From the IMG/VR virus record IMGVR_UViG_3300042402_002564, positions 62,001 to 126,000 of that record: a stretch of 64,000 nucleotides of DNA; one strand, 5' to 3'. Made by a program: the position numbers and the translations under genes. Of the stretch, positions 8,324 to 19,428 are shown piece by piece; the stretch's first letter is position 1, and each line of letters starts with the position of its first letter. The notes below the pieces were generated by a model. The model saw nothing but the letters and a program-made list of their open reading frames with translations. It was not told the origin of the DNA and searched no databases.

Positions 8324-11300
8324 ATGGGTCTCAGTCGCTTAGATAATTTCTTAAAGAATAGTAGAGGTGATATTATATATGTTGATCCCTCAAGTATAGA
8401 TTCAACTGACAGTATTGAGAATCAAGGTAATTCTCTAGTCAGACCCTTTAAAACTATTCAAAGAGCTTTAATAGAAGCAGCAAGATTTTCATATCAAAGA
8501 GGTTTAGATAATGACCGATTTGGTAGAACAACAATTATTGTATATCCAGGTGAGCATTTAATCGATAATAGACCTGGATGGATACCAATTCATGACAATC
8601 CAGTAGCTGGAAATAATTGGTTAACCAGAGGTGGTGCAGTATCTAATGAATTTCCAGAGTTTAACTTAAATTCCAACTTTGATATTAATAATGATACTAA
8701 TGATCTTTATAAAATGAATAGTGTATTCGGGGGTATTATTATTCCTCGTGGTACATCTATTGTTGGTATGGATCTTAGGAAAACTAAAATTAGGGCTAAA
8801 TTTATCCCTAATCCAGAAGATGATACTATTGATAGAACATCAATCTTTAGAGTAACTGGTTCTTGTTATTTTTATCAGTTTACGTTTTTTGACGCAGACC
8901 CAAATAGTGTAGTATTTAAAGATTATGGTCCTACAAAGTTCGTTCCAAATTTTTCACACCATAAACTAACTTGTTTTGAATATGCTGATGGTGTAAATCC
9001 TGTTATTTTCGATGACCAATATATTACATATAAGACTACAAAAACCGATCTAGATTTATATTATGATAAAATCGCACTTGCATATGGTTCATCTAGTGGA
9101 AGATTAATATCTCCAGATTTTCCAACTGATGGTGTAGATGTACAAACAAAAATTGATGAATATAGAATTGTTGGTTCAAAAGGTCAAAATGTTGGTATCA
9201 CCAGCATTAAGGCGGGTGATGGTGTAGTATCTTCGACTACAATCACCGTTGATATTGAAGAACCAATTGGTGGACTAGATGTAGATACTCCAATTAGAAT
9301 CGAAGGTGTACCTACTGCTGGTTATAATGGACAATATGTTGTAAGCACATCTGAAAGTCCTACTCGAATTACCTATAAAACTTCTTCTTCTCCAGCAAAT
9401 CCGCTTCCTACTATTGTAAGTGGAACACCTACATTAAACATTGTAGTTGATACTGTAACATCAGCTTCTCCATATATCTTTAACTGTTCTCTTAGATCAG
9501 TATTTGGTATGTGTGGTCTTCACGCTGATGGTAGTAAAGCCGATGGATTTAAATCCATGGTTGTTGCCCAGTTTACTGGTATCGGTCTACAAAAAGACGA
9601 TAATGCATTCTTAAAATATAATACTACCTCTGGTGTATATGAAGACAAAACTGCAGTATCGAATATTCACACAAATTCTTCTGCGGTATATAAACCAGAA
9701 TACGAAAACTTCCACATTAAAGCATCGAATGATGCATTCTTACAGTTAGTTTCTGTATTTGCTATTGGTTATGCAAATCACTTCTTAGCGGAAAGTGGTG
9801 GTGACCATTCTATTACAAACTCTAACTCAAACTTTGGTGCAAAATCTCTTGTTGCTAGAGGATTTAAAAAAGAAGCGTTCTCAAGAGATGACACTGGATT
9901 TATAACTCATATTATTCCACCACAAGAAATTCAAAGTGAAGATATTAATGTTGAGTATACTTCTATTGACGTAGAAACAACTGTAGGTATTGGAAGTACC
10001 ACAAGATTATATCTTTATAATGAAACTGATTTAGATAATCCACCACTATCAGTTGTTGATGGATACAGAATTGGTTCTAAAATAAATGATGAATTAAAGG
10101 TTCTTCTTAACATTAACGGGCAATCTACTACAAAAACATCTAAAATTATAATGCCAAATACCCAGTCAACTGGGATTTATGAAAGTTCTTCTTATAAAGA
10201 AGCTGTTGTTGGTAGAACAAATATTGGTATTAATAGTATTTCTTCTAATACTTTTACTTTAACTGCACCTCACCAATTCATACAAGGCGAATCTTTAAGA
10301 GTTTTTAGTAGTGATGGTGAACTTCCTGATGGATTAAATCATAATCAGGTTTATTATGCAATTACTGCTGGAATTAATTCTGACCAAATTAAACTTTCCC
10401 AAACATTTAACGATACAATTACTGAAGATGCAGTAACTGTTAACAACAAAGGTGGCATTTTAACAATTGAAAGTAGAGTATCGGATAAAAAGTCTGGTGA
10501 TATTGGGCATCCAATTCAGTTTGATAGTAATATTGGTCAATGGTATCTTACTGTTAGTGGAATATCTAGTTACAATCAAATATACTCTAGTGTTGTTGGT
10601 CTTGGAACTACTACTCTTGGAAGAACAACACCAAGAACATTTATCACTAGAAAGTCTGATACCAGATCATTAATTGATAAAATCTATAAAGTTCGTTATG
10701 TAATTCCAAAAGATTCTGCAGTTATTGCACGACCACCTAGAGATGGATTCGTAATTCAAGAATCTAATACTACTATTGGTGCTACTCAAGAAGAAATTGG
10801 CAAGTACAATAGTGTTGATGCTGTAATTTTAAATAATTCTTCTGAATTAAGAAATTACAGATTTATATCTAATGCAGTTTGGGATTCTGTTGGTATTGCT
10901 ACTCTTACAACTGAAGTTCCACACGAATTATCTGTAGGTTCATTAATTCAAATTAATAACATTAAGTCTGGATTTAACACTACAGGTGTTGGTAATAGTG
11001 GTTTTAATGGTGAATACTTTGTAACTTCAAAACTTTCGAGAAGAGAATTTACAATTGGATTAACTACAAATCCAGGACTATTCCAAAGTGACACCTCTAT
11101 TAGAGACGTAGAGTTACCATATTATAAGAGAGTTAGATTTAATAATACTTTTGTAGTATATAAGTCCGAAGAAATTCAGCAATATGTTCCAAATACAAAA
11201 GATGGTGTTTATCATTTAACTATTATTGATTCTTCAAATTCCCCATCTGTTGAACCATTTACTCAACTAAGATTCTCTCAACCAGTAAAAAATCTTTATC

Positions 11301-14161
11301 CACAACTAGATAGAGATAATATTACTTCTGACCCAGATCCAACAGTATCTTTTGCATTACCTTCTCCATTAGGATTAGTCGAAGTTAATAATCCAGAGAA
11401 TTCTGTTACTAGAGAAAGTATTGTAAAGAGCATTAATGATTTTGCTGTAGGATTTGGATTGACTGATATCCAATCTGCTACTGGATTTGCACATACATTA
11501 TATACTAGAATTGACCATGGATTAAACAGAATTACTAGAGTTGGTATAGTAAGTGCTGGTGAAAATTATGGTTCTGGTTCTGGTTCTATTGAAACTCTTT
11601 ATAATGCTAGGTTAGTAGGATTTGCTGGTTCAACAACTGGCAACTATGCAACTGCAAATATTAAAGTTGATGCTTTAGGTAGAATAACTGATGTTAGAAT
11701 TGTTGATGGTGGTTCTGCGTATGGAATTGGTAATACCCTTTCCGTGGTTGGTGTTGGTACAACATTAGGACATATTGTTGGTGTAGTATCTGTAACCCAA
11801 ATTAATAATGATATTGGTAATGTAATTTCTATAAGTGGACTATATGATAAAGTATTTGATACTTACAATAATCTTTATAGAATTACTGGAATTAACGTAG
11901 GGCAAACAAATCAAATTCAAGTTACTTCTTCTTCTGAAGTAGTTGCCCAATATCCATTTACTGGTTCTACTGCAATTGCTGGTGTTAATACTAATGGATT
12001 AAGTAAAATTAATGCAACTTTTTTAAATACTGTCGAGTCTTATGTAACTGGCAATTCTCTTGGAATCACTTCATTTACTTATAACAACTCTACTGGAATT
12101 GCTAGTGTAACAACATTACAATCTCATGGATTTGTAAATGGTACAAAGTTTAAAATTGGTGGATTTAATCAAAGTCTTTATAATGGTGATTTTATTACCA
12201 CAAAAATTGTTGGATTAAATGATTTTGAATTTAATATTGGTATAGGTACAACTTCTCCAGTATCTTCTGGAATAGCATACATTTATATTCCAGGATTTGC
12301 CGCACAAGGTGGATTATTGGCTGCGGATAATGAAGCAAATTCCAGTAGACTTGTTGCACAATATGCGGGTATTACAACTACTTTGGATGTTGCTTTAGTA
12401 GATCCAACAATCAATACATTGACAGTTACAAATGCATTAAACCGCAATTGGCAAGCTGGGGATTATATTATTGTAAACAAAGAAATAATGCGTATTAGTG
12501 AAACTGTCGTAATTGACACTGCAATAGATGTATTCCGTGGATTGTTTGGAACTTCAAAACAAGTACATCCTGCTGGATCTGTTGTTAGAAGAGTAAGATT
12601 TAAACCAATTGAATTTAGAAGAAACTCTATTCTACGTGCTTCTGGTCATACTTTTGAATATCTGGGTTATGGTCCAGGTAACTACTCTACAGCACTTCCA
12701 GAAAGACAAGATAGACAATTTATTGATGTTGAAAGAGTCTTATCACAGTCTGTAAGTGATGATGGTGGAACTCCAATTTATAATGGATTGGACGATAATG
12801 GTAATACATATACAGTTAATAAACTAACAAATGCTTCTACTGGTCAAGATTTATTAACTAAAGCACCAATCCCAACTGTCAGGGGTGAAGATATTACATC
12901 GAATACACAAGCAGTTGGATTTGATGTAGATTCCACTGATGATTTAACAGTTGCTAGAGGTTTAAAGGTTGAGGGTGGTTCTGAGTCTACTATTATTTCT
13001 GAATTTAACGGTCCCGTAATCTTTACCGAAAAAATAACATCGACTTCTGAAGATGGTATTTTGGCATCATCGTTATTCCTTCAAGGAGAATCGACAACTT
13101 CTAGAAAATATACCGTAGGAATTGCTACTCCACTATTATCTGGTAATGCTGGAGATATTGTTTATAAAGCAGATCCTAATGGCGGTGTTGCTGTTGGATG
13201 GGTTTATACTTTAGAGAATTCCTGGCAAGAATTTGGTCCTATTAAATCTGTAGGAACTGAAAGATATTGTGGTATCTTTAGTGGTGCATTTGTTGGTGAT
13301 GGTTCTGGTCTTGATAATGTATCTGATGTTTGGGTGTTCGATGGTATTGGTATCTCTACCACAAGAGCTGTTGGTATGGGAACAACTACATCTGTTCCAA
13401 GCGTTGCACTATATGTTGGTGGTAATGCAATTTTTGCTGGTGTTACAACAATTAGAACAAATCAGCTAACATTTGATGTTCCAAATGGATTCCTCGTTAA
13501 TACAGGTATAACAACCTTTAATCAGCAAGTTAATGTTAATACATTAAGAGCGATTGGTATTTCTACATTCCAAAATGACGTTATTATTACAACAAATCCA
13601 GCAACAACTGGAGATACTGCAGGTAACTTCTTAAGATTTGTTCAATCTGATACCGCAATTACTTCTGCTTATCAATATGGGGGAATTAATTGGGAGGGTA
13701 ATGATATTGGTAATACTGGAGTAAGAGGATACATTAGGGGTGTTGCCGAAGGTAGTACAGGACAGTTTGCTATTACATTTGGAACCCAACAGTCTGGTCC
13801 TTCCGCACCAATTGAACAATTAAGAATTGCTTCTGATGGTAATATTACTGCTAGTGGAGAAATTACTGCACTATCTGATGAAAGATATAAGACAAATGTG
13901 AAGAATATTGATGACCCTCTCGCTAAAGTTTTACAACTTCGTGGTGTAGAATATGATAGAATCGATAAAGAACAACATACTATTGGACTTATTGCTCAAG
14001 AAGTAGAAAAAGTTCTTCCTGAATTGGTTCACGAAAATCATGAGGGAGTAAAATCAGTTGCATATCAAAACATGGTTGCACTTCTAATTGAGGCAATTAA
14101 AGAGCAACAAAAACAAATTAGTGATTTGAAAGAAGAGGTTGACAAATTGAAGAATGTTTAG
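8324..14161 (+). CDS. Large tail fibre/virion protein with C-terminal peptidase S74 intramolecular chaperone
   Basis: 1945 aa, rich in Gly/Thr/Ser. C-terminus SDERYKTNV...IGLIAQEVEKVLPELV...LLIEAIKEQ. AATAAATA late promoter upstream. Confidence 0.85.
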   Translation: MGLSRLDNFLKNSRGDIIYVDPSSIDSTDSIENQGNSLVRPFKTIQRALIEAARFSYQRGLDNDRFGRTTIIVYPGEHLIDNRPGWIPIHDNPVAGNNWLTRGGAVSNEFPEFNLNSNFDINNDTNDLYKMNSVFGGIIIPRGTSIVGMDLRKTKIRAKFIPNPEDDTIDRTSIFRVTGSCYFYQFTFFDADPNSVVFKDYGPTKFVPNFSHHKLTCFEYADGVNPVIFDDQYITYKTTKTDLDLYYDKIALAYGSSSGRLISPDFPTDGVDVQTKIDEYRIVGSKGQNVGITSIKAGDGVVSSTTITVDIEEPIGGLDVDTPIRIEGVPTAGYNGQYVVSTSESPTRITYKTSSSPANPLPTIVSGTPTLNIVVDTVTSASPYIFNCSLRSVFGMCGLHADGSKADGFKSMVVAQFTGIGLQKDDNAFLKYNTTSGVYEDKTAVSNIHTNSSAVYKPEYENFHIKASNDAFLQLVSVFAIGYANHFLAESGGDHSITNSNSNFGAKSLVARGFKKEAFSRDDTGFITHIIPPQEIQSEDINVEYTSIDVETTVGIGSTTRLYLYNETDLDNPPLSVVDGYRIGSKINDELKVLLNINGQSTTKTSKIIMPNTQSTGIYESSSYKEAVVGRTNIGINSISSNTFTLTAPHQFIQGESLRVFSSDGELPDGLNHNQVYYAITAGINSDQIKLSQTFNDTITEDAVTVNNKGGILTIESRVSDKKSGDIGHPIQFDSNIGQWYLTVSGISSYNQIYSSVVGLGTTTLGRTTPRTFITRKSDTRSLIDKIYKVRYVIPKDSAVIARPPRDGFVIQESNTTIGATQEEIGKYNSVDAVILNNSSELRNYRFISNAVWDSVGIATLTTEVPHELSVGSLIQINNIKSGFNTTGVGNSGFNGEYFVTSKLSRREFTIGLTTNPGLFQSDTSIRDVELPYYKRVRFNNTFVVYKSEEIQQYVPNTKDGVYHLTIIDSSNSPSVEPFTQLRFSQPVKNLYPQLDRDNITSDPDPTVSFALPSPLGLVEVNNPENSVTRESIVKSINDFAVGFGLTDIQSATGFAHTLYTRIDHGLNRITRVGIVSAGENYGSGSGSIETLYNARLVGFAGSTTGNYATANIKVDALGRITDVRIVDGGSAYGIGNTLSVVGVGTTLGHIVGVVSVTQINNDIGNVISISGLYDKVFDTYNNLYRITGINVGQTNQIQVTSSSEVVAQYPFTGSTAIAGVNTNGLSKINATFLNTVESYVTGNSLGITSFTYNNSTGIASVTTLQSHGFVNGTKFKIGGFNQSLYNGDFITTKIVGLNDFEFNIGIGTTSPVSSGIAYIYIPGFAAQGGLLAADNEANSSRLVAQYAGITTTLDVALVDPTINTLTVTNALNRNWQAGDYIIVNKEIMRISETVVIDTAIDVFRGLFGTSKQVHPAGSVVRRVRFKPIEFRRNSILRASGHTFEYLGYGPGNYSTALPERQDRQFIDVERVLSQSVSDDGGTPIYNGLDDNGNTYTVNKLTNASTGQDLLTKAPIPTVRGEDITSNTQAVGFDVDSTDDLTVARGLKVEGGSESTIISEFNGPVIFTEKITSTSEDGILASSLFLQGESTTSRKYTVGIATPLLSGNAGDIVYKADPNGGVAVGWVYTLENSWQEFGPIKSVGTERYCGIFSGAFVGDGSGLDNVSDVWVFDGIGISTTRAVGMGTTTSVPSVALYVGGNAIFAGVTTIRTNQLTFDVPNGFLVNTGITTFNQQVNVNTLRAIGISTFQNDVIITTNPATTGDTAGNFLRFVQSDTAITSAYQYGGINWEGNDIGNTGVRGYIRGVAEGSTGQFAITFGTQQSGPSAPIEQLRIASDGNITASGEITALSDERYKTNVKNIDDPLAKVLQLRGVEYDRIDKEQHTIGLIAQEVEKVLPELVHENHEGVKSVAYQNMVALLIEAIKEQQKQISDLKEEVDKLKNV

Positions 14162-14189
14162 TAAGATTTGACCATAACTATATGGTATT

Positions 14190-15029
14190 ATGAATTTTAC
14201 TATATTATCAAATCCTCCATATCAAGACAATAATAAAGCAAAAAATAATAAACTTTGGTATAAATTTATTGAGTTAGATATTAATCTTCTTCAGACTGGC
14301 GGAACTATGGCAAAAGTTACGCCAGCATCTTTCATTGGAACAACGGGATTCGGTAAAAAGTTTTTTCAAAAATGTCAAACAATTTATAATTTGATTCAGA
14401 TTGACTATACTTCTGATAAGTATTTCACTGAAGGAGTATCAATTTGCTCTTGGATTTTAAAAAAAGAACCATATAAAGGAACTACAAAAGTCATACATGA
14501 GACTGGAATTTATTATTTGGATTTGAGGGATGGTCTTCCTTTATTTGGTGAAGAAAAAATATTGCATTCTATTTTTAACAAAATAGCAAACTCAAATCAT
14601 CCAAGAATACCTCTTAAGATTGGTCAGGATATTCCAAATGATGAATATTGTGATGATGGAAAATATGAGGTTTATGCCTCTGGTAAAAATATTAAAAGAA
14701 CTAATGTTGTTCCAACAACTGGAGATTTATTGAAGTTTGTAGTTCCATACTCGTGCTCATATTCTGGTAGATTTATCACAAATGGATATGTTGGTATGTT
14801 AAACTCGTGGTGCCATATTAAAAATGAAGAGGAGGGAGACCTGCTATCAAAAATTTTTGATGTTCCTCTAATACAATTGTTTGTTGAAAATTATAAAACT
14901 ACTGCTGGATTTGCTGCAGCAGTTAAAAATGCAGAAGTTCCTCTTTTAAAGAATTTTGAAAATGTGCATGAACAATTTGATTTTACACCTGAAGAACTTG
15001 AGTATTTAAAAGATAAAAATGTCATCTAA
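14190..15029 (+). CDS. N6-adenine/N4-cytosine DNA methyltransferase, catalytic (NPPY) plus TRD half, Eco57I-like
   Basis: Begins at motif IV (ILSNPPYQ), then LW..F and VTPASF. No SAM-binding motif I is present. Confidence 0.75.
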   Translation: MNFTILSNPPYQDNNKAKNNKLWYKFIELDINLLQTGGTMAKVTPASFIGTTGFGKKFFQKCQTIYNLIQIDYTSDKYFTEGVSICSWILKKEPYKGTTKVIHETGIYYLDLRDGLPLFGEEKILHSIFNKIANSNHPRIPLKIGQDIPNDEYCDDGKYEVYASGKNIKRTNVVPTTGDLLKFVVPYSCSYSGRFITNGYVGMLNSWCHIKNEEEGDLLSKIFDVPLIQLFVENYKTTAGFAAAVKNAEVPLLKNFENVHEQFDFTPEELEYLKDKNVI

Positions 15030-15438
15030 TAAAAATAAGCATAATGAGTCTTTGGGGTCTAAAGTTGAAAGATCCGACCAAAGAATTTCAGAGACTGGTG
15101 AAGTTTTTACTCCACCAGATTTAGTTAATGAGTTGATTGAGTGTATCGATGAAGATTTATTTAAAAATCCCAATTCAAAATTTCTTGATAACTCTGCTGG
15201 AAATGGAAATTTTATATTTGAATTAAAAACCAAATTATGTAAATATCATGATGAAGATTATGTGTTAAACAATATGCTATATGCTGTTGAATTGATGGAA
15301 GATAATCATAAAGAATTGTGTAAACGATTGGGGGTTCCTACAACACATCCACATTATGTTTGTGCGGATGCCCTTGAATATCACTATCGATTTGATGGTA
15401 CAATAGGTCATCCTACCTTAGACCAATTTTTTAACTGA
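15019..15438 (+). CDS. DNA methyltransferase SAM-binding half
   Basis: GEVFTP (motif X), FLDNSAGNGNF (motif I), LYAVEL (II), CADAL (III). No NPPY. Confidence 0.75.
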   Translation: MSSNKNKHNESLGSKVERSDQRISETGEVFTPPDLVNELIECIDEDLFKNPNSKFLDNSAGNGNFIFELKTKLCKYHDEDYVLNNMLYAVELMEDNHKELCKRLGVPTTHPHYVCADALEYHYRFDGTIGHPTLDQFFN

Positions 15439-15490
15439 CCACCTGCACCACCCGTGCGGGTAAATTTTGCTGTATAATAATTTTATTGAC

Positions 15491-16729
15491 ATGACACCCA
15501 TGAAACTCCGAACTCATCAGTCCGAAGCACTCTCCATCATGAGCAATACCCCCAAAGGTACTATTGTGGTTCCTACTGGCGGTGGCAAGTCCCTGATTGC
15601 CATTATGGATGCTGTGCGTCAGTTTGAGCAAGGAAACAAAACCATTGTGGTGGTTGCTCCTCGTCTCATGCTTGCACGTCAGTTGTCTGCTGAGTTTACA
15701 GAGCACATTACCAATGCTTCTGTGATGCATGTTCACTCTGGTAATGATCTTCCTTATTTTACTACTACAAAACCCAAAGAGATCTTCTCTTGGTGCTATC
15801 GCACTAATGGTAATAAGTTGATTTTTACTACTTATCAATCTTTGTATCGTATTGAGCAGGCAGATATTGTAGTTGATACAATCTATTATGATGAAGCACA
15901 CAACTCGGTCAAAAAGAGTTTTTACCCTACCGTCAAGCATTTCTCTTCTAATGCTAACCGCAGTTATTTCTTCACTGCTACTCCTAAGTATTCTGCTACT
16001 GCTTCCAAACCTGGAATGAACGATGTGGAAGTTTATGGTGGAATCATTTACAATGTTGCTGCTACACGCCTCGTCAACAACGGTTCTATTCTTCCCCCTA
16101 AGATTAACGCAATTAATATCGGTGGTATCCGTCTGAAGGGCGAGGAGGCAGCAGAGAGGGACTGTATGACCCTTCTGGATACCCTGTACAATGAAGAGCA
16201 CATGGAGAAGGTTTTGATTGCTGCTCCTAACACTAAAGTGATGATCCGTATGCTTGCAGAGACTGATTTCTTGAAAGAAGTTCAGTCTATGGGTTATGAC
16301 CTTCTTTGGATTACCAGCAAGCATGGTTCGTTCCTTAACGACAAAAAGATTTCCCGTGAGGAATTCTTTAATCTTGTTCGTGAGTTTGGTGCAGACCCTG
16401 ACAAAAAGTTCATTGTTCTTCACTATTCCATTCTCAGCGAAGGAATCTCTGTTCCTGGTCTGACTTCTTTGATTCTCATGCGTCAGATGAATGTGATTGA
16501 AATGTGTCAGTCTGTTGGTCGCGTCATTCGTCTTCATCTTGATGATGTGAAGCGTATTCAAGAAGGAACTCTTGTTCCTGGTAAACTTCAGGATTACACT
16601 AAATCTTTTGGTTTAGTTCATGTTCCTGTCTACAACAATGTTGGAATTGCTACTGTGAAGCGTCTCCAAAGTATTGTTGATACTGTATTTGTTCAAGGTC
16701 AACCTGCAATCTCTACTATTAAACGATGA
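15491..16729 (+). CDS. Superfamily 2 (DEAH) helicase, ResIII-like
   Basis: PTGGGKS, YYDEAH, FTATP, LSEGISVP and QSVGRVIR. Confidence 0.9.
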   Translation: MTPMKLRTHQSEALSIMSNTPKGTIVVPTGGGKSLIAIMDAVRQFEQGNKTIVVVAPRLMLARQLSAEFTEHITNASVMHVHSGNDLPYFTTTKPKEIFSWCYRTNGNKLIFTTYQSLYRIEQADIVVDTIYYDEAHNSVKKSFYPTVKHFSSNANRSYFFTATPKYSATASKPGMNDVEVYGGIIYNVAATRLVNNGSILPPKINAINIGGIRLKGEEAAERDCMTLLDTLYNEEHMEKVLIAAPNTKVMIRMLAETDFLKEVQSMGYDLLWITSKHGSFLNDKKISREEFFNLVREFGADPDKKFIVLHYSILSEGISVPGLTSLILMRQMNVIEMCQSVGRVIRLHLDDVKRIQEGTLVPGKLQDYTKSFGLVHVPVYNNVGIATVKRLQSIVDTVFVQGQPAISTIKR

Positions 16730-16899
16730 AAGAAGGATTTATTACAAAGGATGGATATGCCGCAGTTCCTTTCGGCAATCAACTCATGGTTATTTACAAT
16801 GGACAGCAGTTGAAAGTTTGTAGAACTGAAAATTCTGCTAGAAAGTTTATTAAAGACCATTCATCTCAACCAAAGTCTGGAACTGTTTTTATTAATTGA
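16726..16899 (+). CDS. Small hypothetical protein
   Basis: MKEGFITKDGYAAVPFG..., ATGA overlap with the helicase stop. Confidence 0.55.
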   Translation: MKEGFITKDGYAAVPFGNQLMVIYNGQQLKVCRTENSARKFIKDHSSQPKSGTVFIN

Positions 16900-16902
16900 A
16901 TT

Positions 16903-17097
16903 ATGAAATCTAAATTTATTTGCGTCTCTCCCATCACAGATAAGGCAAAAGAAAACTTTTCAACTATAATGAATTCTTTTCATTCTTGTCGAGTAAAACA
17001 AGAAAAAAAAGACATGATTTATCTTGAGTCTCTCAATAAAATGTATTATTTTTGGGTAAATAAAAGTAAAGACCCTAACTGGAAAATTGAAAAATAA
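16903..17097 (+). CDS. Hypothetical protein, paralog of 63718..63906
   Basis: Both share V-x-P...KAK..F...C.V...FWVN..KDP.W. Confidence 0.6.
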   Translation: MKSKFICVSPITDKAKENFSTIMNSFHSCRVKQEKKDMIYLESLNKMYYFWVNKSKDPNWKIEK

Positions 17098-17584
17098 TAT
17101 GTGGAAGATAAAATATCTTGAACATGGTTATGCAGATTATTTTGACAAATGGTTACCATTTTTTAAATATAAATCTGATTTAGTTCAAGATAATACGAAC
17201 AATTGTTTATCTAAAAATTGCTTTGCAACAAAAAATCTGTTAAAATTTGTGGGCGATAATGAATTTTTAGATATTATTGAAGAGTTAAAGTCTATTTGTG
17301 AGAAATGTGTAAATAAAGAACTAGAATACTTTTATTTGCATATGATTGATTATGAAAATGGAGGTGAAATGTCATCCCACAAACATGATCATAATGAAGA
17401 CTATAGTTTTATTCTTTATCTTAATTCTTGTGAAGATGGGGATACCCTTCTTCATCTTGATCCTGAAATAAAAATAAAACCAGTTAAAGATAAAATGGTG
17501 TTATTTTCTTCAGATATTGTTCATTCTGCTATTTTTTCTAATAAAAAAAGAATTCTTGTTGGAGGATTAAAACTATGTCTTTAA
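17087..17584 (+). CDS. 2OG-Fe(II) oxygenase-like protein
   Basis: HKHDH, SFILYLN, LFSSDIVH and KRILVG. Confidence 0.65.
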   Translation: MKNNMWKIKYLEHGYADYFDKWLPFFKYKSDLVQDNTNNCLSKNCFATKNLLKFVGDNEFLDIIEELKSICEKCVNKELEYFYLHMIDYENGGEMSSHKHDHNEDYSFILYLNSCEDGDTLLHLDPEIKIKPVKDKMVLFSSDIVHSAIFSNKKRILVGGLKLCL

Positions 17585-18144
17585 ATCGTTCTTTTGAAAT
17601 TCTTCATTTTTCCTATCGACATTGGCCTTCTTATCATGAACAGGGTTGTTATAATCTTAACCTTGTTTTTCGTGCGTCTGATGAAGATGATGAATATTAC
17701 AGCACTAAAGATAGATTTATGTATGAAGCTGAAGAGTGGCATAAATCTGAAATTGTTCAAGACCTTGAGTTAGAACAAAAATATGTTATGGGACTTAATG
17801 TTTTAGACGCAAGAACGGGTAAAGACCTATTAGATGGGTGGAAGGAAGAGAAAGAAAAAGAGGATTTTGATGAGAACGAACTTATTCCAATTGATATTGT
17901 GAATAAGGATGGTATAGAAAGAGAAGATGTTTATATCAAAGGATATCAAAGAAACGAAACTATGATGCTTAATTATATTGAAAAGTTTGATGTATTTCGT
18001 TTCTATGAATTTTTTGAAATTAATCCAGCAACTAAAGGTATTATTGAGTATATTGAGGATTTGAAAAAAATGGAGAATACAGATCCATATTATGCTGGTC
18101 AATTTCTCAGGGCACTTAAATCTTTAGAACTTTGGTGGGATTAG
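17575..18144 (+). CDS. Hypothetical protein
   Basis: 189-aa acidic ORF. Confidence 0.55.
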   Translation: MSLNRSFEILHFSYRHWPSYHEQGCYNLNLVFRASDEDDEYYSTKDRFMYEAEEWHKSEIVQDLELEQKYVMGLNVLDARTGKDLLDGWKEEKEKEDFDENELIPIDIVNKDGIEREDVYIKGYQRNETMMLNYIEKFDVFRFYEFFEINPATKGIIEYIEDLKKMENTDPYYAGQFLRALKSLELWWD

Positions 18145-18174
18145 TCAAATATATAATAAAGATGTTATTTTATA

Positions 18175-18420
18175 ATGTTAACTCAATTACAATTAATCTT
18201 TCTTACTATATTTGCACTTGTTGCCTATGCTATGGTAACAGATCCAAATATAGTAAGATTTTTTGATATTTGCATTAAATTGTTTAAAATAAATATCGAA
18301 AGATTAATTTGGATGATAAGATTTCATCCTTTAGTTACTACTAATCCTGTGAGTCAATGGTTAATGATGCGTAAGTATATGAAGCAGGTGGAAGAAATGC
18401 AAAAAGATTTAAATAAGTGA
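18175..18420 (+). CDS. Small membrane protein
   Basis: N-terminal hydrophobic helix. Confidence 0.55.
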   Translation: MLTQLQLIFLTIFALVAYAMVTDPNIVRFFDICIKLFKINIERLIWMIRFHPLVTTNPVSQWLMMRKYMKQVEEMQKDLNK

Positions 18421-18426
18421 TTTTAT

Positions 18427-19143
18427 ATGGAAGAAGATTTAAGAACTAAACATGCAGACATTTTAAAAGATCCAGAGGGTCCTTTGAATCATTATAATGT
18501 CATATATCCAGATGACCCTAGAACAGAAAATTATTTTGATTTCTGTGGGAATACCATCTATAGGGCATATAATGTATTGAGTTTGGAAGATAGGCAAGGA
18601 CTATTGGAAGAAATTGATGATGAATTATCTAAAAATCCTAATTGGGATTTATCTGTAGAAGCTACTAAAGAACTTAGTATTAGAAAATTAAAAAATAAAG
18701 AGTGTTGGGTTAACTTCTTTAAGATGGTAAAACATCATTTGTATAATTATGCAAAAGTAACAAATAATCCAAAAATTTTAGAATTAAAAATTCAATCTTA
18801 TTGGGCGAAGAGATTGAGAGATGTCTCTGAAGAAAAATATGCAGAAGAATTGTATATAAACTACGGAAACACCCACAGTCATCAGCATTTTGATCTGGGA
18901 TTAATTTTTTACCTACAAAATCCCTCAAGAATTTATGGAACAATAATTGAAAATGATGGGAGGGAAGTTATAATTCCTGGGGATGAAAATTCTTTACTGT
19001 TACATCATTCTGCGGTGAATCATCAACCAGCACATCCACCTCCGATGGTTGCAAAAGATTATTATAGATGTGTCATTGTTGCAGATTTTATGTATCCAGA
19101 TAAAGATAAAAAAATGAGAATCGCAGATGACAGAAAAAGATAA
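18427..19143 (+). CDS. 2OG-Fe(II) oxygenase-like protein
   Basis: HSH...LIFYL...HHSAVNH...YRCVIVADF. Confidence 0.55.
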   Translation: MEEDLRTKHADILKDPEGPLNHYNVIYPDDPRTENYFDFCGNTIYRAYNVLSLEDRQGLLEEIDDELSKNPNWDLSVEATKELSIRKLKNKECWVNFFKMVKHHLYNYAKVTNNPKILELKIQSYWAKRLRDVSEEKYAEELYINYGNTHSHQHFDLGLIFYLQNPSRIYGTIIENDGREVIIPGDENSLLLHHSAVNHQPAHPPPMVAKDYYRCVIVADFMYPDKDKKMRIADDRKR

Positions 19144-19428
19144 AAAAATCTATAAAAATATTTTTAAAAAAATATTAGATAATAAAAAAGATTCCATGAC
19201 CTATGAAGAAGGAACATGGTTAATGGAAAGACCCGAATTGATGGATTTGGCAAAAAAATTAAATGCCAAAGTGAAAATAATGGCTAGATTTCCAGAGTAT
19301 AAAAATACAATAGAAGAAATACTTTTTATTCTTGACTTATCTGACAGGTTTTTAAGATAAGAACAACTTATATGGGGTTGTTTTTTAATCGATCTTTTGC
19401 TATCATAGGCAAATAACAAAGCAGAGTT

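Noticed and set aside
14190-15438. Frameshifted methyltransferase pseudogene
   Set aside because: The halves are in swapped order relative to the usual motif sequence and both are intact ORFs, so a single indel cannot account for them.
15431-16561. 376-aa minus-strand ORF
   Set aside because: It is an antisense shadow of the helicase with no motifs. The same applies to 22512..23267, 49556..50266 and other minus-strand ORFs over real genes.
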